Source: Candidatus Uhrbacteria bacterium GW2011_GWE2_46_68
GTDB taxonomy: Bacteria; Patescibacteriota; Patescibacteriia; UBA9934; GWF2-40-263
Length of the DNA stretch: 64,000 nt
Reading direction: 5' to 3'
Assembly (NCBI GenBank): GCA_001002765.1
Contig: LCMS01000001.1
Coordinates: 4,662 to 68,661, forward strand
The notes beneath the pieces were generated by a model. The model searched no databases, was not told the origin of the DNA, and saw only the letters and a list, made by a program, of their open reading frames with translations. This document shows, in pieces, positions 57,631-64,000 of the stretch (within the stretch, counting starts at the first letter, position 1; every line of letters starts with the position of its first letter). Both the position numbers and the translations under genes were made by a program.

Positions 57631-58059
57631 ATGGAGGAAGCAATAAAAAAAGTGCGGATGTATACCGATGGGGGATCGCGGGGGAACCCGGGACCTGCGG
57701 CTTGCGCGGCAGTGATTAAACGCATGGAGGATGGGGAAGAAAAGGAGAATTTGGATCAGGTTTCGGAATACCTTGGAAAGACAACGAATAACCAGGCGGA
57801 ATATATGGCCATTATTCGTGGACTGGAAAAGGCCAAGGCTTTGGGAGCGCAAGAAGTGGAAGTGGTCATGGATTCCGAGCTTGCGGTCAAACAACTTAAT
57901 CGTGAATATAAAGTGAAAGATCCTGGTATCGCCGCGCGATTTTTGGAGGTGTGGAACGTGACACAAGCATTTCGTCATGTGACTTTTCGTCATGTGCGTC
58001 GAGAACAAAATCAAGAAGCCGATGCACTTGTGAATGAGTGTCTTGATAACCATCATTAG
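57631..58059 (+). CDS. rnhA: Ribonuclease HI
   Basis: TDGGSRGNPGPAA, TNNQAEY, DSEL, HVRREQN..AD. Confidence 0.93.
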   Translation: MEEAIKKVRMYTDGGSRGNPGPAACAAVIKRMEDGEEKENLDQVSEYLGKTTNNQAEYMAIIRGLEKAKALGAQEVEVVMDSELAVKQLNREYKVKDPGIAARFLEVWNVTQAFRHVTFRHVRREQNQEADALVNECLDNHH

Positions 58060-58067
58060 AGATGTCT

Positions 58068-59378
58068 ATGTCTCTTTCTCGACCAAGTTTGGAATCTTCC
58101 CCCTCTGCCGCCCCTGCGGAGGCAGGGGTCCAGCGCACTTCGGAAATTCTTGGCGAAGCCATTATGGATTCGGTTTCAAGTGTTCGTGATTCTTTGCCCA
58201 AGGAACATCGTGAACATTTCAATGCTCTCCGCAGGGAGATCATTGATTTTACAAAAGTTCACGGGATTCCAAAAGAATCCCTTACCAAACCCGCCGTTCT
58301 CCTCGAGGCTACAAAAAAACTTTCCACTTCAGACCTTGAACGACTCGCTCTCCTTCTCGAACGCTTTGAATATCTACTTAAACACAAGGAGCCAAAGGAA
58401 ATCACAGATCCTTTAGAATATGCCGAAGAGTTTTATCATCTTCGTGAGCAATACACTTTCCAAGTTTCCCTTCTTGAGCAAGTCGGTATCCTCAAAGAAG
58501 GAGCCATCCTAGGCATAGACGGTAATACCTATCCCATTCCCACTTTGGAACAAATGGCTTCTCGTCTCTTTGAGCGCCGTGAGACTCTTAAAACAAAACA
58601 CGACCAAGGCTTTACCAAACTCCTCCTTGTTCCTTTTGGTATGAGCCTTGATAGTCTCCAAGAAACATTCGAACAATTCCTTCTCAAATACAAAAAGGAT
58701 AATCCCACTTTTGATCTTGATACTAACGAACCTCTCTGGACGGGTGCAGACTATCAAGGAGCAGACATAGGAAATTCCCCAAACCTTGTCTATTATCCAC
58801 AGTCTTTTACAAAAGAAGGTCATGGGGGGAAGACAAAAGCACAGATACTCGTAGAACAAGCTCAAGGACGATGGGCCCCTGCCTCCGCAGGGGTGGTAGG
58901 AGAGAAGGGAGTTGGAACCCCAGGCTGGACTGTTCATCTTCTTCAGCCTTCTAATCCTTCCGATCCACATTCCCCGGGCTTTGCTTCCATTCCTAGAGAA
59001 GGACAAGGAACACCCCAAGGAAACCTTGTCCCTCGACCTCCTCTTGAGGCAAACGAAACCTCCAATGAATATCTTTCCATTCTTCAAAAAGCTCAAGAGG
59101 ATGAAGACTCTCCCTATCATGGTGAAACAGGCATGACTCCTGAAGATTGGATCATAGCCTTTATGATTCACCTTTTTGAAACAGGAAAACCCCTTGATGA
59201 TGCACGGAATCCCACAAACAAAGAAAGCACCTCTTACCTTACAGGAGCTTTTTTTCGGTTCTCCATCCGTGTGCCTTACGTGTGTTGGATCCGTGATAGT
59301 CGTCAGGCTTACCTCAGCGCGCTTGATCTTCATGCTCGGGGTGTGACCTTTGGTTTGCGGTCTTCGGTGGTGATTTAA
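58068..59378 (+). CDS. Hypothetical protein, putative DGR target (CLec-like C-terminus)
   Basis: Paralogue of next gene; A-depleted 3' end; ends G.R.SVVI. Confidence 0.75.
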   Translation: MSLSRPSLESSPSAAPAEAGVQRTSEILGEAIMDSVSSVRDSLPKEHREHFNALRREIIDFTKVHGIPKESLTKPAVLLEATKKLSTSDLERLALLLERFEYLLKHKEPKEITDPLEYAEEFYHLREQYTFQVSLLEQVGILKEGAILGIDGNTYPIPTLEQMASRLFERRETLKTKHDQGFTKLLLVPFGMSLDSLQETFEQFLLKYKKDNPTFDLDTNEPLWTGADYQGADIGNSPNLVYYPQSFTKEGHGGKTKAQILVEQAQGRWAPASAGVVGEKGVGTPGWTVHLLQPSNPSDPHSPGFASIPREGQGTPQGNLVPRPPLEANETSNEYLSILQKAQEDEDSPYHGETGMTPEDWIIAFMIHLFETGKPLDDARNPTNKESTSYLTGAFFRFSIRVPYVCWIRDSRQAYLSALDLHARGVTFGLRSSVVI

Positions 59379-59390
59379 CCTTTGATATCT

Positions 59391-60665
59391 ATGTCTCTTT
59401 TCCGACCAAGTTTGGAATCTTTTCCGTCTGCTACCCCCACGGAGGTGGGGGTCAAGCGCACTTCGGAAATTCTTGGCGAAGCCATCATGGATTCTGTTTC
59501 AAGTGTCCGTGATTCTTTGTCTAAAGAACACCGCGCATATTTTGAAACTTTGCGACAAGAGATCATCACCTTCACCGAGGTTCACGGGATTCCAAGAGAA
59601 TCTCTTGGCAAGCCCGACCTCCTCCGCGAGGCGACTGGCAAACTTTCCATTCCAGATCTTGAACGACTTGCCAATCTTCTTGAACGATTTGAATACCTTC
59701 TTAAGAACGGGGAACCAAAGAAAGAAGAACTCCCCGAATATTTTCAAGAAATTGAACGTCTTTATCATCTTCGCGAGCAATACACTTTTCAATTCAACCT
59801 TCTTAAAGAAACGGGAATACTTAAAGAAGGAGCCATCCTAGGCATAGACGGTAAGACCTATCCCATCCCCACTTTGGAACAAATCGCCATGCGTCTGTTT
59901 GAACGTCGTGGCGAACTTTCCACTAAACATGACCAAGGCTTTACTAAACTCCTCCTTGTTCCCTTTGGGATGAGTCTTGGTACTCTCCGAGAAATCCTCA
60001 AACAATTCCTACTCAAATATAAAGAGTCCCACTCCTCTTTTGATCTTTATAAACGCGAACCTCTTTGGACGTGGAAAAACTATCAAGGAGCAGACACAGG
60101 AGATTCTCCTAAGCTTGTTTATTATCCACAGTCTTTTGATCCGAAAGAGCATCAAGGAAAGACAAAGATGGAGATACTTGAAGAACAAGAAGACAATCAA
60201 GATTCCTTTCCCGGTTGGACTGTTCATCTTCTCCAGCCTTCTGATCCTTCCAATCTACATTCCCCGGGCTTTGCTTCTATTCCCAGAGAAGGACAAGGAA
60301 CACCCCAAGGAAAGCTCATCTCACGTCCTCCTCTTGAAGCAAACAAATATCTCAAGGAATATCTTTCCATTCTTCAAAAAGCTCAAGAGGATGAAGACTC
60401 TCCCTATCATGGTGAAACAGGCATGACTCCCGAAGATTGGATCACAGCCTTTATGATTCATCTTTCTGAAACAGGAAAACCAATGGATAACTGGCAAAAT
60501 AATAAAGAAAGCAAATCTTGCCTCATCGGAGCTTTTTTCTCGGCGCCCTCTGTCTCCATTCCTTGTGCACATTGGCGTTACGGTGATGCGCAGGTGCACT
60601 TAGAAAGTTTGGAAACCAAGTTTCCAGATGATTATGTGGGTGTCCGTACTTCGGTAGTGGTTTAA
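59391..60665 (+). CDS. Tandem paralogue of the putative DGR target
   Basis: Long identical blocks with 58068-59378, divergent C-terminal ~55 aa ending GVRTSVVV. Confidence 0.75.
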   Translation: MSLFRPSLESFPSATPTEVGVKRTSEILGEAIMDSVSSVRDSLSKEHRAYFETLRQEIITFTEVHGIPRESLGKPDLLREATGKLSIPDLERLANLLERFEYLLKNGEPKKEELPEYFQEIERLYHLREQYTFQFNLLKETGILKEGAILGIDGKTYPIPTLEQIAMRLFERRGELSTKHDQGFTKLLLVPFGMSLGTLREILKQFLLKYKESHSSFDLYKREPLWTWKNYQGADTGDSPKLVYYPQSFDPKEHQGKTKMEILEEQEDNQDSFPGWTVHLLQPSDPSNLHSPGFASIPREGQGTPQGKLISRPPLEANKYLKEYLSILQKAQEDEDSPYHGETGMTPEDWITAFMIHLSETGKPMDNWQNNKESKSCLIGAFFSAPSVSIPCAHWRYGDAQVHLESLETKFPDDYVGVRTSVVV

Positions 60666-60709
60666 CGTCGTTGTCACCGAAGATCAAAACGACGTACAAT
60701 AAAAGTATT

Positions 60710-60952
60710 ATGTTGCAAGAAGAAATGCTCAAGAAAATTGAAGAAGCACTTGTAAAGATTCGTCCTCTGTTGGCACAAGACGGAGGAGACATCGAGCTTC
60801 TTTCTTTTGATCCGGGAACACAGATGGTCACGGTTCGTTTTCTTGGTGCTTGTCAGGGATGTCCTATGGCGCAATTCACCTTGCAACGCATCATCAAAAC
60901 AACCATCCAAGAATCTTGCCCCTTTGTTACTGATGTTATTCTCAACCCATGA
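60710..60952 (+). CDS. NifU/NfuA C-terminal domain protein
   Basis: IRP.LAQDGGDIEL, GACQGCP. Confidence 0.9.
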   Translation: MLQEEMLKKIEEALVKIRPLLAQDGGDIELLSFDPGTQMVTVRFLGACQGCPMAQFTLQRIIKTTIQESCPFVTDVILNP

Positions 60953-61350
60953 ACCTTTTCAAACGTCATTTTAAACCGCGTTATCTCTGGATCGCTTTGG
61001 TAACCTTGGTGCGGCAATCAAAAACGTTTCGCATCACCACGGTGATTTCGTTTCTTTTTTTGCTCGCCATGTGGTTTTTGCCCATATGGCGCATTGTGCC
61101 TTTGGCCGAACTCAAACCTTTTCTTCCGCTTCACTATAATGTCTATATGGGTATTGATCGTTTTGGTCCTTGGTACGGTGCTTTTGTGATTCCGGTTCTT
61201 GGGACATTTCTGTGGATCATCAACAGTATTTTCGAAGCGCTGTTTTTTCAAAAGGCGCGAGTGCTGTCATCCTTTTTTGCGTTTGGAACCGTTGTCACCG
61301 AAGGGGTCCTTTTGGTTTCTTTGATTTTTATGATTCTTTTGAACGTATGA
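60949..61350 (+). CDS. Conserved membrane protein
   Basis: PLHYNVYMGID motif, three TMs, overlaps both neighbours. Confidence 0.7.
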   Translation: MNLFKRHFKPRYLWIALVTLVRQSKTFRITTVISFLFLLAMWFLPIWRIVPLAELKPFLPLHYNVYMGIDRFGPWYGAFVIPVLGTFLWIINSIFEALFFQKARVLSSFFAFGTVVTEGVLLVSLIFMILLNV

Positions 61351-62405
61351 CTTTGGAATCTTTTGAACTTATTCGTATTTTATTTTTGACCGCGGCCGCT
61401 TTTTTGATCGCGGTGGCGTGGACCCCGCTGCTTATGAAGGTGCTTGTGCATTTTAAAGCGGGAAAATCCATTCGCAGCGAAAAGGAAGCGCCGATTTTTG
61501 CCAAACTTCATGCCAAAAAAATCGGCACACCCACCATGGGGGGTGTGCTTGTTTGGGGGACCGTTCTTTTGATCGCACTTTGTTTGTATTATGCCGCAGG
61601 GTTTGTTCCGGCCGATCATCTGTTGGCCAAGTTGAATTTTTTAACACGCTCGCAAACCTTGTTGCCTTTGGGGGTATTAGTAGCCACAGCCATCGCAGGA
61701 TTTCTGGATGATTATTTGAATATTCGCAGGATCGGATCTGGCGGCGGAGGACTGCGTATGCGTCATCGTTTACTCATTTATACGTTGATTGCTTTTGTGG
61801 GAGCTTGGTGGTTTCGTATAAAGCTCGATTGGGATTTGATTTCTGTCCCATTTCTCGGGGATTTCAATTTGGGATTTTGGTATTTGCCGTTATTTTTATT
61901 TGTGATTATTGCCACGGCCTTTTCGGTGAATGAAACCGACGGGCTTGATGGATTGGCAGGCGGAACCTTGATGACATCGTTTGGTGCGTACGCTGTGATT
62001 GCCTTCGCGCTTGGTAAATATGATTTGGCGGTTTTCTGCGGAGTGATTTTAGGCGCGCTTTTAGCATTCCTTTGGTTTAATATCTATCCGGCACGATTTA
62101 TCATGGGAGATACAGGCGCTATGTCTTTGGGGATTACACTTGGTGTTGTAGCCATGCTCACCAATGCTCCTTTTATTCTCCCCATCGTAGGTTTGGTGTT
62201 TGTGTTGGAATCATGCTCTGTATTGTTGCAAGTTTTTTGGAAGCGTGTGTTTCATCATAAACTTTTTCTTTCCGCACCGTTTCATCATCACCTCGAGGCG
62301 ATAGGCTGGCCCGAACCAAAGATTGTCATGCGGCTTTGGGTTATTTCCATGGTTTGCGCCCCGCTTGGAGTTGCCTTGTTTCTTTTGGATGCCTTAATAC
62401 CGTAA
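61347..62405 (+). CDS. mraY: Phospho-N-acetylmuramoyl-pentapeptide transferase
   Basis: KIGTPTMGG, GFLDDY, NETDGLDGL, FMGDTG-like, APFHHHLE. Confidence 0.95.
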   Translation: MTLESFELIRILFLTAAAFLIAVAWTPLLMKVLVHFKAGKSIRSEKEAPIFAKLHAKKIGTPTMGGVLVWGTVLLIALCLYYAAGFVPADHLLAKLNFLTRSQTLLPLGVLVATAIAGFLDDYLNIRRIGSGGGGLRMRHRLLIYTLIAFVGAWWFRIKLDWDLISVPFLGDFNLGFWYLPLFLFVIIATAFSVNETDGLDGLAGGTLMTSFGAYAVIAFALGKYDLAVFCGVILGALLAFLWFNIYPARFIMGDTGAMSLGITLGVVAMLTNAPFILPIVGLVFVLESCSVLLQVFWKRVFHHKLFLSAPFHHHLEAIGWPEPKIVMRLWVISMVCAPLGVALFLLDALIP

Positions 62406-62412
62406 ACGCATT

Positions 62413-63534
62413 ATGACCCGTGGTTCCGGACACGTGGATTATTCTTTTCTCTCCATTGTCGGGGCCATTATTCTTTTTGGTCTTATCATGCTCGTGTCCG
62501 CATCTGCCCCGGAAGGATATCGAGAATTTTTTGACAGCTACTATTACGTTAAACATCAATTGATTTTCGGTTTTATTCCAGGTCTTGCCGGGCTGCTTTT
62601 GTTCAGCCGCATTCCGTATACGTTTTGGCGTAAGCATGCATGGAATCTTTTGATTATATCGATCGTTCTTTTGGTTATTGTATTTATCCCGGGGATTTCC
62701 GCTGGAATCGGGACTGCACATAGTTGGATTTCGGTAGCTGGTGTTTTTTCCATTCAACCTTCCGAGATTGTGAAGCTCACCTTTCTTTTTTATTTGGCAG
62801 GATGGTTGAGTCAGAGAGGAAAACGTGCGGTTGAAGATGTTCACGGCGGGCTACTTCCGTTTGTAGGGGTACTTGGGACAATCATGCTTCTCATGATTTT
62901 ACAGCCGGATACGGGAACCATGTTTATTATCGCGGCCATGGCATTGGTAGTGTATTTTGTCGCGGGGGCGCCTCTTGCGTATGTACTTGGACTTTTTGGT
63001 GCAGGGCTTGGGGGTCTGTCACTTCTCATCAGTTTTTCACCGTATCGCGCGGCGAGGTTTACCACGTTTTTGCATCCCGAGCTTGATCCACAGGGGATCG
63101 GGTATCATATCAATCAAGCACTTTTGGCGATTGGGACCGGAGGATTTTTAGGTCTTGGATATGGGCATTCGCGTCAAAAGTTTGAGTATCTTCCCGAGGC
63201 TATCAATGATTCCATTTTTGCGATTATTGCCGAGGAAATGGGATTTATACTTGCGGTTGGGCTATTACTGCTTTTTGTCGCATTCGTATGGCGTGCTGTG
63301 GCAATCGCCAAGGCCGCACCGGATGATTTTGCAAAATATGTGACCGTGGGAATCACTGCATGGATTGCCTTGCAGGCGATCGTGAATATCGGCTCTATGG
63401 TGTCTTTGCTTCCTATGACCGGGGTTCCGCTTCCTTTTATAAGTTATGGTGGAACATCTTTGGCTGTTGCCATGTCCGCGGTCGGTGTGGTACTCAATAT
63501 TTCTAAACATACAAAAAATTCATCCATTGTATGA
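62413..63534 (+). CDS. ftsW: SEDS peptidoglycan polymerase FtsW
   Basis: QPSEIVK, LQPDTG, LPEAINDSIFAIIAEE, GVPLPFISYGGTS; lies between mraY and murG. Confidence 0.92.
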   Translation: MTRGSGHVDYSFLSIVGAIILFGLIMLVSASAPEGYREFFDSYYYVKHQLIFGFIPGLAGLLLFSRIPYTFWRKHAWNLLIISIVLLVIVFIPGISAGIGTAHSWISVAGVFSIQPSEIVKLTFLFYLAGWLSQRGKRAVEDVHGGLLPFVGVLGTIMLLMILQPDTGTMFIIAAMALVVYFVAGAPLAYVLGLFGAGLGGLSLLISFSPYRAARFTTFLHPELDPQGIGYHINQALLAIGTGGFLGLGYGHSRQKFEYLPEAINDSIFAIIAEEMGFILAVGLLLLFVAFVWRAVAIAKAAPDDFAKYVTVGITAWIALQAIVNIGSMVSLLPMTGVPLPFISYGGTSLAVAMSAVGVVLNISKHTKNSSIV

Positions 63535-64000
63535 ACGTTTTATTTGCAGGCGGTGGAACCTTGGGTCCGGTCACTCCACTTTTGGCAGTTGTGCAAGCAT
63601 GGAAGGCACAAGAATCAGGTGTTTCTTTTTTTTGGGCGGGAACACCGCACGGACCCGAACGAGAAGTGGTGGAAAAGGCAGGAATCCCTTTTTTCCAAAT
63701 TATTGTGGCACGACTGCCGCGCTATCTTTCTTTGGAATGGGTAAAGCTACCCTTTGTTTTTTTGCGAGCCTTAAGGCAATCATGGTGTTTGATTTCAAAA
63801 GTGAAACCAGATGTAATCGGGGCGGCAGGAGGGTACACGTCAGTTCCCATTGTGTTTGTGGGGTGGATGCGCGGTATCCCGAGTTGGATTCATCAAATGG
63901 ATGGGGAACCGCTTTTATCCAATCGTCTTTTGGCGCCATTTGCCACGCGCATTACCGTGACATGGCCAGATATGGTTTATGCATTTCCTGCTTTCAAAAC
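63531..64000 (+). CDS. murG: MurG glycosyltransferase (5' part, runs off the window)
   Basis: MNVLFAGGGTLGPVTPLLAV ... GGYTSVP. Confidence 0.9.
   Translation, partial: MNVLFAGGGTLGPVTPLLAVVQAWKAQESGVSFFWAGTPHGPEREVVEKAGIPFFQIIVARLPRYLSLEWVKLPFVFLRALRQSWCLISKVKPDVIGAAGGYTSVPIVFVGWMRGIPSWIHQMDGEPLLSNRLLAPFATRITVTWPDMVYAFPAFK

Overview
Bacterial chromosomal DNA, most likely Patescibacteria/CPR (ABY1/Uhrbacteria-like). This taxonomy is inferred from gene content, from the S-layer-like protein N-terminus, and from the AT-rich 'ttATG' starts without Shine-Dalgarno. Housekeeping genes: rplU, lexA, metK, a beta-CASP nuclease, lepA, recJ, RNase HI, mraY, ftsW and partial murG. There is also a glycosylation cluster, an ECF sigma/anti-sigma/S-layer-like locus, and a ~17 kb type IV pilus locus with a nested set of secreted Ig-like proteins, a signal peptidase and a two-component system. 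Two regions stand out. (1) At 4.7-13 kb, four very GC-rich, myxobacterial-style secreted or lipoprotein genes (three with MopE-type repeats, one with a possible beta-barrel) each carry a strong SD, an identical ccATGCGT start, a long structured leader with a boxA-like motif, and a 3' hairpin. They sit in native AT-rich spacers. (2) At 58-60.7 kb, two tandem paralogues end in a tail that looks like a DGR variable region; no RT or template repeat was seen in the window. Several families of small palindromic or heptamer repeat elements are also present. No rRNA, complete tRNA or CRISPR array was seen. All family assignments come from motif recognition by eye, not from database searches.
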